From contig CM120646.1 in the NCBI GenBank assembly GCA_051362555.1, positions 7,998,001 to 8,062,000 of the forward strand: 64,000 bases of DNA, in the 5' to 3' direction. Position 1 is the first letter of the stretch. Every line of letters begins with the position of its first letter. Both the position numbers and the translations under genes were made by a program. This stretch comes from Lingula anatina. Lineage: Eukaryota > Animalia > Brachiopoda. Below, piece after piece: positions 38,201 through 50,431 of the stretch. A model generated the notes under the pieces. The model saw only the letters and a program-made list of their open reading frames with translations, did no database searches and had not been told where the DNA came from.

Positions 38201-40784
38201 CATGCTATTACAATAAGGCAGCCTATGACTTACCCTGGCAGTTGCCATGATGATAGACTTCTGGGGAAGAGATTCATTGTTTGCCACAGGTTTCAGCAAT
38301 CCATACACATTCTGGTCTCCCAGAGGGTCACAGTAGGTTTCTGAAAGGTACAGAAATTTATTCAATTATTTCGTAAAACTGTGGATTACCTTTGTTTTGA
38401 CAAGGCTTACAATTAATAAAAGATCAAGAGTCTTTTTTCTTAAAAAAACATGAAATATATTTACAAGCCTATCACCCTTTTGTGAAGAAAATGCATTGGG
38501 ATATAATATGGGTTAGAGTTTATCCAGGCAACGTGCTGGATAACTTAAATTAAATGTCCAGATTTACAAATTGAACTAACAAACTTGCTCACCATCTGCT
38601 CATTTGTCAGCTTTTTATTACTTCAGAGTATTTGTATCTGCACACTTATTTCATGTCATCCTACTTAGAATCTTATAAACAAATTTTTACAGAAAATGAG
38701 GAGATAATTAAATCAAAGGTTGCCTTACACTTAAATACTTCATATTTGTATCAAATTAGCATCCTCCTTAAGATTTATTGGGAACAAAATGAATACTTCC
38801 ATAAGCTAAAAGTGAGGGCCTACCAGCAAATAACCATGCAGCATTCAAGCTGCCTGTGCTGGTTAATATGCATTTGGAAATAAATTGTTGTATTCAGAAT
38901 TACCAGGATTTATATTAATTATCCTCTTGGTTCTACTGAGGCAGGTGTGTGAATCCTTGGCACCTGTCATGAAATCTTTCAGCTGTGCAGCACACAGGGG
39001 GTGTTCCCTTGGAGTGCCATTGATGGGTTTGTTAAAGGCAGCAAAACACTGGAAATAAAAATATGATATTCATATCAGTTGACACTCTCGTAGAAAAACT
39101 TGTTAAATAAAGCAAATATCATATTCAGAAGATGAACTCTGTTAAAATCCCAATACTGGGTCTCCAAATATGCTTAAATAAAAGTACAATATACAAACTG
39201 TCATGGGCCAAATATACACTTTCCCCAGTCTTTCAAAAAGTGTTCTTCAAAGCTGATGTAGAGCATAATGAATAAATGGAGAATAAAAGACACTGTCCTC
39301 CTTCAAAATTTCACCAACATCAGATATCATTCATATTACAATATTGGTCTCCTCTATGGTAAGCCATGCATGTTTGAACTTAAAACAGCAAAAAAAAATG
39401 TAATTACATTAACACTCATGTAGACAGTATAGCTTGGTTATTGAGGAAAGCTGGAAAACTGCTGAAATTTTCACGAAATTTTAAAATGAGCAATATATAA
39501 ATATATATAGGTCCAAAGTCCTTTGTGTGCCTTTTACTTACCAACTTTCTCTTTTGACAATAAAAATATTTGATATCATATATCATTATTACAAAATACC
39601 TTGTGTATTATGTAGTCTATTTCTGTTTCGTTCTGAACAGAAAATATTGGCATGCCAAAGTCCATGAACATCAGGCCATTGCCAGCAGTGTTCCATGTGA
39701 CATTACTGCAGTCTGCATACTGGCTGTGCTTGTCATACAGACCTGTGATTTAAATATTGTAGTCATTTTAATGATTTTAGTATATTAGCCATTATTGTAC
39801 GGCGCCTTGAGATAGAATGTAAGGCGCCATATTAGAATCTTATTATTATTATTTTTTTTTTTTCTTGAAACCAAGTACATTATCTTCATAATTGGTAAAA
39901 AACATCATGTGTGAGGTGAGAAGGAGGCAAAGGGCAGTCTAGAAAGTACATTGTAATTCCCAATTTATTCCAGGTTTCTAATTCACACTATACCATCAGA
40001 GGAAACTTTCTTACCATTCACATTATTGGGACACGACTGATCAGGAGAGAAATGGAAACTAGAAGGCAGTGTGGAGTTCTCGTTGTTGATCACCATAATT
40101 CCATTAACCTTCCCAGATTGCTTGATAGCTATTACATTGGTCCTGCAGAGAAATAAAGTTGGTCTAAATCATTAAAGTATGAATAAAAAGCATGCTTTAT
40201 TATATCTGACACTAAATATTTATGTAATTGACGTAAAATTTTGTTAATGACCCTGCACTATATCTGCTTTAGATCAGCAAGTTCTTAGACCTTAGTTTCC
40301 CAAAGTACATAACTGGTGAACTGCTCTGGCTGTTCCCCCCACCCTGTCCTTATTACGCGTATATAGCTGGGTCCCGTAACTCGAAAGCATAGCGCATTGG
40401 ACAGAGCGCAAGTGTCTCAATTCTGTAACTCGCCCCACATAAAACATAGTAGCCTCTATGTGATATCGCTATTCACAATACATGATGCTTTCGAGTAATG
40501 GGGGCCCTGGTGAACTGCTATGTCCTTACCCCCACCCTGGCCCTTGTTACCTGTACCTACCTGTTAAAATGCTCTGGCTCCATCAGTAAAGCATATGGCT
40601 GGTGAGGACCTGCTTCCAGCACCCAGTCCAAGTCAGACTTGTTTTCTATATAATGCACCACACCCACATTTCCTGTCAGGTCAGCTGGAGATGAAATTAG
40701 GTGGTTAACAGGGAATCAGGTACAGGTTTTTGTAGAAAATTTAACAAAAAAAATACTACTTTGAAATATGTTTTTAATCTTAAT

Positions 40785-40869
<85 letters not shown>

Positions 40870-41880
40870 TTGCTTTTTCATAACATTTAAAGAAAATAAT
40901 GCCTAAAATTTTTTTATTTAATCCAACGTTGCCACTGCTCTTTCTTTTAAAGTGTACAAGCTATTTGATCAAAACAAAGTACTAGTCCACTGAAATGACC
41001 CAAGAAACCAAATATATGATGGTACTCAGTGAAGACAAAAATAAAATAAAACTGGTTAAAACAAAACCCAAGTCTTTATGATACTGATAACATCCCCTTT
41101 TAATAACTTTTTGGGCAGTAAGAGATGAATAAGAGGGATACTCACATGTACAGCCAATTTGGTGTGTGCCATTGAACCTACGGAAACAAGCACTTGTCCC
41201 AGTCACATCAAAATATATCAGTTTTTGCACACGAGTACCTGAAGCTGAAATGGAAGAGAGCATACCATTTCTTTTTAGTTCAAGATGCTGAAAAAAGAGG
41301 TTTCCATTTTGATTGGGTGGGAGACTGAGTACATAGAAGTATGATCAGCTTAAAAAATAAGTATTAAATTGTCAGTTATGTCTTACAATGTGGCCTCTAC
41401 TGAGCGGAAACAAAGCAATTGATCTCTGACATGTCAACAAGTCTGTTTGATACACTAGCTGTTTCTGTATCAAAAGTGGAAAAGAAAACTGGCCGGCTAC
41501 AAACTGACAAACCGATTCCGCCTCGTATATCTGACTGAACAAGTTGATTACTTGAGAAAATTTCATTTAAACAGCACACTTTCATTATAAAATAAAACCA
41601 TCGCCCATCTACGATAAATAAAATTACTGTCAATACTTACTACTTAGTATCATTTGCTGAATCGTGTTGATATGAGTCACAACTCGATCAGACTTTCCAG
41701 TCTATTATTCAACCTTGATATATAAATAAAGACTGGTAACACATCTACCTAACTTTAATATGAACCAAATAACGTATTTATTACTTCTGGTAGAACTTCA
41801 GATTGTTATTTGCACTTCTTACCTGTATTTATTAAAACAACTAAGGGTAACAAAAGCATACACTTCCTCCAGTCGGCCAT
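32218..41880 (-). CDS. NCSTN: Nicastrin (gamma-secretase subunit), about 16-17 coding exons
   Basis: Signal exon 41823-41880 ([19 protein letters not shown]); [13 protein letters not shown]; DIMFTFFQG|[14 protein letters not shown]; [11 protein letters not shown]; GVVLADH; FYNSRLD; ESPAF; YSTWTESSW; TM and tail exon 32218-32325 ([25 protein letters not shown]). Confidence 0.96.
40367..40509. mobile_element. Small MITE in nicastrin intron
   Basis: Imperfect TIR CTGGGTCCCGTAACTCGAAAGCAT / ATGCTTTCGAGTAATGGGGGCCCTG. Confidence 0.55.
40788..40861. repeat. (TA)n microsatellite
   Basis: Direct reading. Confidence 0.95.
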
Positions 41881-42771
41881 CTTTGTTTCCCATAATGCCT
41901 TGTCAAAAGGGGAAATCCTGTGCCAAGAGCAGCGCACACTCAGCGCATAGTAAGCCAAGAGCCATTCCTGAATGCGGCCTATTTTGTTGTTTCATTTTGG
42001 ATGTTTGAAAACTGATTGTTAATTGACATTTACTATATGGTTCAATTTCGTTGAAAAATTTCTTGTAATCCCATGCTTTATTGGCGGAATTTTAAACAAA
42101 TTTCACAAAGAATGCACGTAGAACACGTAGCCTACATGTAGGCCTACCAGTAGCTGGTGCCTACATATGTAGGCCTATCTTAGTTGATTACAGTAGGTCT
42201 AATGGGAATGAAAATCTACACTTTTATTACTTATGGTGGCCTGAGATGATTTCCTTTGATGGAAAAAAAACGAAATCTGTGCCTTATACCTCAAAATTTA
42301 GTACTTTAATTTTTTTTTCAAATTATTTTTGTCTTTTCCATAGACATAGGCCTATAGCCTATGCCTACTAGGTAGGTCTATATAGGCCTATAGGCCTATA
42401 ATTCGTGCTATAAAAATATGAATTAATTTCAACTACGGGTATTTTAGCCTCTTTTAGCCTACTATCGGCTTTGTCCTTTCTCATGGGTCCTCTACTTCCA
42501 CCTCTTTGATAACATCCATGAACCTTTTCCTCGGCCTCCCGCGCTTTCTCTTCCCTGACGGTTTCATTGCCAGAATCCTTTGCCCCACATTTCTCTTGCC
42601 TCCGTCTGACAAGCCCATCCAAGTTTTTTTTTAAAAACAAACTTTGCCTCACCTTCTCATTTCTCAAATTAGTGCTATTCCCAACGAGAAACGTGGTGTG
42701 AACATTAGGGCCGTATAGAAAATAAAAATTGTAGGCCTACTCTGAAGATAATTAAGATCGAATGAGTTATA

Positions 42772-42773
<2 letters not shown>

Positions 42774-42814
<41 letters not shown>
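42774..42814. repeat. (TTA)n microsatellite
   Basis: Direct reading. Confidence 0.95.
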
Positions 42815-42815
<1 letters not shown>

Positions 42816-43444
42816 AAAAGGCTAATCAATATATTGTTACCAGAATTTTGTAATTGATAACCATTATGAGAACTATGCGGTGTATAACACAAGAAGTTCG
42901 TTAGCTGTAGGCCTATAAAAATAAAAAAAAGCCATTTACGAACATTTAGAAACAGCCTAAGGACACCCGTACAGTACTCAGGCCTGTATGCCTGCCATCA
43001 TGTCAACCAGTTTGACAATATCTTAAATCACAAATCGTATATCCCCTGTATTTTTTTCATCAATAAGATAACATCACGAAATCCATCTCAGATAGAAAAA
43101 AGAAATAGAGAATTGGCATAAATTCGCAATGCAACGTACGCGCATCATGCCTGCGAATATGCATGAATTTCTTAATTAAGATGAAGGAAGCTATTGCTAA
43201 AAGATTATTTATGTTTTCAGATTCATACAGAGGTGCAATTAAAATATCAGTATCAGATATGTGAAGCCTTCTGTCGTACCTTGTTTACCTTTAAGGAATT
43301 CTAACACTTTCATTGTGGATCGATATTGTGTGACTGAAGTGATGGGGATTTGCTATATAACATATGTCACTGCGTCGTGTGATTTCAGTTTCAGGGAGTG
43401 GCAGGCATAGTTATCTGATTTATCAGCTACAGACAGAATATAGC

Positions 43445-46400
43445 ATGTTTTGCTGGCTTGCTGGATTTGTTGTCTTATCTATCGTATCTAAGGGTAAGTC
43501 TTCAGTACAAACTGATAAAAGATTGTGTGCTTTTTGGTGATTGGTGATTTTTATCTTATAATTCTTGACTCATTATATTACGAGTTTTTTTACTAAACGA
43601 TTCGAAACACACTGGCAGCGAGCACTCCTAATAGAAACTATATAGAGATTAGACTGAGATCAGTTCTGTTTGTCTAAATTGTTGATAATATAACATAATT
43701 TGCCACGAAGTGTAGAAACTGAAATCAACGTCAGAAATATGTACATTATGTCATCTTTTCTTGTTGACCAAAATTGAAAATAATCATTTTAAAAAAGCGA
43801 ATTATTTTATTTGTGCATCCCACTATAATATAATAAATAGAAAATTGAAATAGCATGATGCCCATCATCACATATACCCCTATAAGAATGCTTTTACTGG
43901 TTCAAAATTAAATGTAAAGGGGATCTGTTGAAAGGGTTGCCAATGCAGTTATATAGGCCTACATTGTTTTCAGTGAATTCCGAATATGCTTGAAATCACG
44001 TGCTATTGAGTGCAACAATTCACGTACAAGTATGTTTGATTTCTACCCTGAGTTCAGATGTCATTGGAAAAATCAGTGTTTTACCTGACGTACGTTTTTA
44101 GTATTGGAACTGCAGAGGCATTGGTAGATAAGTGGCGAGTGACTGGGGACTTATTAAACTCGGAGCGTTGCGCTCATAACTGTACAACGGCTGCCAGACC
44201 TGTTTGTTACGAAGTCTCATTATATAGCGCGATACCTACTATGACACGTATATCTCGCTAATGGGTTCTTTTGCGTGATTTGATTTGCTTAATAGAAATA
44301 TGAAATCTGCCCACCACTGGAATTTTATCCAAGAAATAATTTCACGGAATCTTCCCAAGGGGGCGTGAGAATAAAATTGTTTGAATTCAGCTGCATTCAC
44401 GCCCCTAACTCTATCCAATTCATCGAATATGAATAAACTTCATAGGAAGAGAACCTATCCGTGATTACATTGGTTGCATAAAGGTTGTAGGCTGTAGATT
44501 ATAGTCATCCAACGGATACAGATGCATCTGCTCTATAAAAAATTCTGACCATATTTAGAACCAATGAATTGAAGTCGACATATTTCACCGTTGTATCCAA
44601 GATATAGGCCTACAGATGTGTATATAGGGGGTGGATACAAAACTTTAATATTATAGTCGTAGAAAATAAAAAGCAGTTTATTGCTGTGCGGCGTTTAAAC
44701 AACAGCAAGGTGCCTTAAGTTACATTCCATTCACTGCAATTACAAATCTGTTGATAAAAGAAATCCTAAATAACCACAAACAGCATGTTATTTTATGATT
44801 GTCAGCATGAAATGATACGGATTCATTTGGACTCAAAGGTAATCCCATAATCTCTCTTTAAATGGGGAGTCATTCAGAGTTTATTTGAAGTCAAGAGAAA
44901 TAAAGAATGTACATGTAGACTAACGCGGAGTCCTTTGGTGACAGCATGTATGATATTTCTCGCTGATTTCAGGGCGTCAACAGCTTAGTGAAGTGAGAGC
45001 GCAGCTGCGAGATGTTTTCATAAACATGTAACAACAATCTAGTGTTTTGATCGTGATTTTAAGGCGGTTTTACACTGGTTCATTTGGTTCATTTGAGGTA
45101 AAGGTACATGACTCCTGCGCGCAAAAATATATCTGTTAAGAAGATGAAGATCTGTATTGTTTCTATAATAACAATTAAAATTTTTCTTGGTTCTGGAATC
45201 TTTTAAGAAAAGGCGATTACGTAACAATCATACATCACAAATAGTTACAATGTACGCACTCAGAGAGCGCAGACATCCGAAAGGAGAGCTCAATTCTCAT
45301 TTTCATCAATCAATTATTATTTAAGTAACAAATTAGCTGTATTTTTGAGTAAATAAATAATTTAACTAATGCATTAATACTAAACAGATAAATAAATACC
45401 ACCGAAATTTAGCCCATTTCTGAGTTATCTTGAAAATTTGCTCAATGTCCCTCCATAACATTTTGCGTAATGTTGCTAACAGATAAACAGACTTTATTAA
45501 TTTACAAATAAATTAATCATTGGATCGCCCCCCAAATCAAATCGTTTGTTGCTTGTTCCCCAACAGACAGTGTTTTTTTAATTAAATCATCAAAATCATC
45601 ACCTTTTTTAATGTTGCTACAGACAAACGGACCGAAAAACATACATTACCTTTCTTGGCGGAGGTAATTATGACATAAGCTTATAATGAAAGAAGAAATA
45701 CCTTGATATACAGTTAATTATACAGCTGAAGCGCACATTAGTCGTGGAACTCTCTGAACGAAAGAATGTCTCCAGTTTTCAGTAACTGTGTTGCTTTTAG
45801 ACATTCCGTTTCAATCCTGGTTCGATATTTGTTTGCACCAGCTATCAATGTGAAAACTCGCCTTGCCACTCATGCATTGCTTGCCGGCATCGTTGCTTAC
45901 GTGTCTCTCTCACACTTTAAGATTGACACACTCAAACAATCTGGTATTGATTTTAATGATATTGCAGACACTGTGAGTATTATTAAGTGGAGTGTTTCTT
46001 CTTATGAAGATGAAAAGAGAGACCCACAGAGAGAGACCCTATAGTAACTGAAAATGTTGACGTTTTGAAAGCCGGGTAAATCCAGAATCACCAAGTAGAC
46101 CAGGCGAAATGTTTGGAACCTACTGGTAAAAATCAAGTAAAATGATTACTTATATTGATTAAGGGTTGCAGGGCCCCACAGCGAGTTTGGTTGTCACTTT
46201 GGCAACTTACAATATCTCTATAAATTGGTGCCAAATATCCACCAAACATTTTGATATATGTGCCAGTGCCAGCCCAAGCTGCACAGATAGCAAAATAATC
46301 ACCAGACTTGCATGTTAATGGAGTCGCTTGTATGTGATCGTGACTCGTTTTATTTTCTGCCCTAATTATATACGCAGGTGGACGTGTGCAATTTGAAGTA

Positions 46401-47390
46401 TTGAAGGTTTGTATGACAACTCTTCAGTTTCATTGGAAAAGTACCATAAAACGGATTTTGCTGGGGTAAATAACAATTTCCCATTCTTTCAATGGTAAAT
46501 GAATCATTTTGACATTCTAAGTTAGCCTTTTTATAGTAGTCACTTAAGAGATTATTACCGAGGTAGCCATATAAGTAAGCCCAAGTGGTCCGATGGCAAG
46601 CACAGATTTTAAAAAAATTGCAATAACCGGCGTTTTGGAAATAAAATGGAATTTATTATATTTTTATGTGCTATTTACAATGTATTTATTGTGGTATTCC
46701 GAATCTCATATGAAGACTTGTTATCCTTTTAACCTTACTTCCCATCTTGAAGTAGTAATATTGTTCTTCTGAATTAAATGTGAATTATTTAAAAAGAAAT
46801 GGATTCATTAATTTTATACACGAAGTGATGCAGAAAGCCTTTGTTGAATATGTCGCCTTGCTGCTTCAAGCAGTCTCTTTGAACAATGTGGAATGCATGC
46901 ATGCTCGTATACAAAGCAAAGCCTTTTTTATTAAAAATTAAATCTGAATTATTCAAAAGGAAATAATTGATTCATTTTGTACATGAAGTAATGGCCTCGA
47001 GCCTCATTCTCCACTTGTACCAGTATTAACTAAATAGCTTGGCCACAATGTACACATTATAAGCTACACTAAGCAGGAAAAAACTACTCGCAGCCAAGCC
47101 CTTTTTTTTCTATTTTTTGACTTTCAGGTGTGCACTTAATAATGAAAGAGTTACTATTAGTATGATAGAGGGGTTTCCAGAAAAAAATGCTTTCGTCGTA
47201 AAGACCGTTTTCTCAGGCTTTTATTCCATCAGTGTCTATCCAAAATTCTCTCAAAAATTCAGATGTTTTCTGGAAATCAGTTCAGAATACATTTGATGTG
47301 GGGAAATTATATGCACAAGTACATGTATAGGTCCGAAATGTTCTGCAATACCATAGATTTACAAAACGCACCCTGGTACTGTTAATATAA

Positions 47391-47433
<43 letters not shown>

Positions 47434-48426
47434 CATCCAATATAGGGTCACTTTTCCTCTCTGGGAACAAAACCAGGTCTGTTATTCACGGTCTGAAACA
47501 CCACGAATGCATGAGTGCTATAAATATTATTTAATTTACTGATTTGTTCTCTATTTCGTCATCACGTAGGAAATGCCCGGATGTGCCAGCTCTGTGGTTA
47601 CAACAAGACTGTTGCGTCTGCCCCAAACGGTGCCACAAATTCTGCTCATCATGGCGTGCATCAGGGAATGAACAACACGGATTGTCTCTATGGCAACCAC
47701 ACTGAGAGGATAGACTGTGGCCATGGTTACTGTGACGTCATGGATGTGTCTGTGACGAGAACACTGACGGTAATCATTCTATCTGACGTCGATGAATTCT
47801 GTATTTATTGCTTACATTAAAACTAGTTCTGTAAGCAACATGAACAACTTGTGTCACGTCGATTTGTTTGTGGTTTGTTAAGCTGATTATATAACTAAAC
47901 CAAGAGTATTGCATTGTAATCATTATATTTTGGATATGATTCCTGTGAAATGTTTTGTATAGTTTTGATTTTTTTCACTTGGTTCCTTAATGAGTCAAGA
48001 GGATTGTTTGAACCATACCTTTATTAATATAATATGACACATTCCGCAGAAGGCTTACTTAAAGAGACAACTTTTCAGGGTAATACCAAAGTGGAAACTG
48101 TCCTGGTGTTTCGAACTTGTCGTCCGAATGTCACAGTTACTGGATGTGAGAACATGAGGGAAGACTCCCTGGTGGAAGGTTTCGCCGCTAACAAGATCGC
48201 ACTTTTGGAACTTGTAGCTGCGGGAAACACCGATGCCATGGCAACCGGCACTGTTGTCAAGGGGACGAGATGCGCGTGTAACAGCGGAGACAACTGTAAT
48301 GCAGCGCCTTCTGTGTTTATTCCTCAGGCGTCGCAGAGTGGGCTGATCCACAACAAAGCGGGGAGTCTTCTCCAGAATTCTCTTGTGATGTTCATTGGAC
48401 TTACTCTTTTCGCCTTCAACAATTAA
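43445..48426 (+). CDS. Ly6/uPAR three-finger (quiver/sleepless-like) GPI-anchored protein; exons 43445-43493, 47570-47769, 48079-48426
   Basis: Signal MFCWLAGFVVLSIVSK|GNA, then MCQLC; ten cysteines ending CACNSGDNCN; hydrophobic C-terminus with no cytosolic tail. Splice phases 1 and 0 are consistent. Confidence 0.8.
45247..45669. mobile_element. Second, more diverged HINE-like element
   Basis: GCACTCAGAGAGCGCAGAC start and ACAGACAAACGGACCGAAAA...CTTGGCGGAGGTAAT end, shared with 12318-12605. Confidence 0.65.
47393..47431. repeat. (TG)n microsatellite
   Basis: Direct reading. Confidence 0.95.
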
Positions 48427-50431
48427 TCATGTTAAGTCCACACAGGTGTAGGCCGAGGTCAACATATTTTACCTAAAAAAAATACAAATTTCAAAATTCA
48501 TGCATGGAAAATAATTTGTAGTCTATCAAGCCATACATCCCAGCCACGCATATGCAAAGTATGATAAAGTGTAGGGTAATAATAAACAGATAGCCAGTGC
48601 ACCTTTAATCATGATCTTAATCATACCTTAACATAATATGCATTAAAGTATTCAAAACGATCAAAATGCCTACGGACAGCTGCAATACTTTGATGTGATA
48701 AATGTATTACACGTGTTACCATTAACTAGAAGTTAGACAAAAAAAGAAACATCAAGCATGTTCTTGTATAAGGAATGTTATTCCAGTTTAAGTGCTTTGC
48801 ACTATTCAAATCGGTGGCAAAGGTATTCGATATATATAGGTAGTAGGTATGTATAGTATGTAATTGGTGTCACTGTTATTTTTATTTTACTTGGCCAAAT
48901 TCATCATCTAAGTATGCATACATTAATTGTGGCATTAATTCGGATTATTTGGGGTTCAGCGAATGAAACTACGAGTTAAAATATCTCAATAATACCTTCG
49001 TAATAAAATGTTATGACACCATCGATTGTGTGATTGTGCTAAATTTACCTTTTATATCGTCAAAGTAAACGATGCTAGTCGCATAGTGCGAAATAATAAC
49101 TGTACAACAACCAGTACTGGATAGTTTTAAATGTACATTAACTCGGTGACATTATAAATTCATATGATCTCCCGATCTTTGCAAGTATCTGAAAAACAAA
49201 CGCAAACGCAAAAGCCCATGTATAAAATTTCGGACGCAGGTGCGACATGGCATTGCGTCGTGACAAGTAAATCGAGAGAAATAAAGAGGCTTGACTTACT
49301 TCCTTCATATATCAATATCATAGAGAAAACGTCAGGTAAATGGCGTGTCTTCGTGCCTGCATGCACGACGGAGCCTGGGAAGTTTATGCCCTCTGATGCT
49401 ATCGCAGTGTAATTATGGTTGAACGCTAATGTATCGGGGTGAAGTATCGCCGTCACCGCCTGAGTCCCATGTGAGGATGGAGATGAGAACATAAATGAGA
49501 ATCGGCCTTAACTCACTAGATATCGAATCAGGGATATCAAAAGACATAAGTATTGTGTGGGTGGAAAGGTGCTCCCACAGGGAGACCCAGAATAATTTTC
49601 TAAAATTTGGACCTTTTGATGTGCGTATTTGGTGATTGTCCTATGCATACAATTAAGTTCAGTTAGATGTTTATTAAACTGTTTAACTATTCATTAAAAT
49701 TTGAACAAAGAAAACCATAAATCATTCATAAAAACGTGATGAATGTCAACAGGGACATGTATATGCTATCAAAGTGCGCCTCTCGCTCAAATAATTCAAT
49801 TTTTCTTATCTTTTGAAAGTTCCATTAAGCTGGATGTAAAAAGCTATATTTAAAAAAGCAACATTCTCAAGCGCATGGAGAAAAGCGTAGCCACAACCGT
49901 TTTTAATATCGCGTAACGTTAGCACTCTGAGTAAAATGTATGTATTTATAAAATTAAATTACTATTTTCAGGAAGCAAAAAGAGCATATTAAATACCACA
50001 CCATCGTTGTTAATTATAATGCTTGAAATCTGACGCGATATCTTAGAGGAGTGGTAATAATTCACATTTCAAAATATTTCGATTAATTTAGAATTTTACT
50101 TACTCGGGGCCTGCTCGGTTGACATTCTTGTAAGAACACGAAATAGTTCCATAACGTGTGACCGTGTGTTGCGGGGAATTACGCCCTGCGTGGATTTGCT
50201 GCCCCAAAGGTAGGTGCTTTTAGTATTTTTAGCGGATTAAATAAAACATGTATAACATTTAATAGATTAAATGCATAAAAAAAATTCATTTAATAAAAAT
50301 TGCATTACAAACGCATAATTGGCTTAATTTTGTATAGGGACAACTCCTTTCTTGTAACAGTTACAGCTGTTCATTCTACCCACGTGTAGGATTTGCTGAA
50401 CATGCTCCGAAGGAAGACTAGTACACGAACA

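Noticed and set aside
42368-42667. 99-aa charged minus-strand ORF
   Set aside because: No motif or splice support; possibly a repeat fragment
44973-44992. Possible micro-exon in the Ly6 gene intron
   Set aside because: Its phase would break the frame with exon 47570
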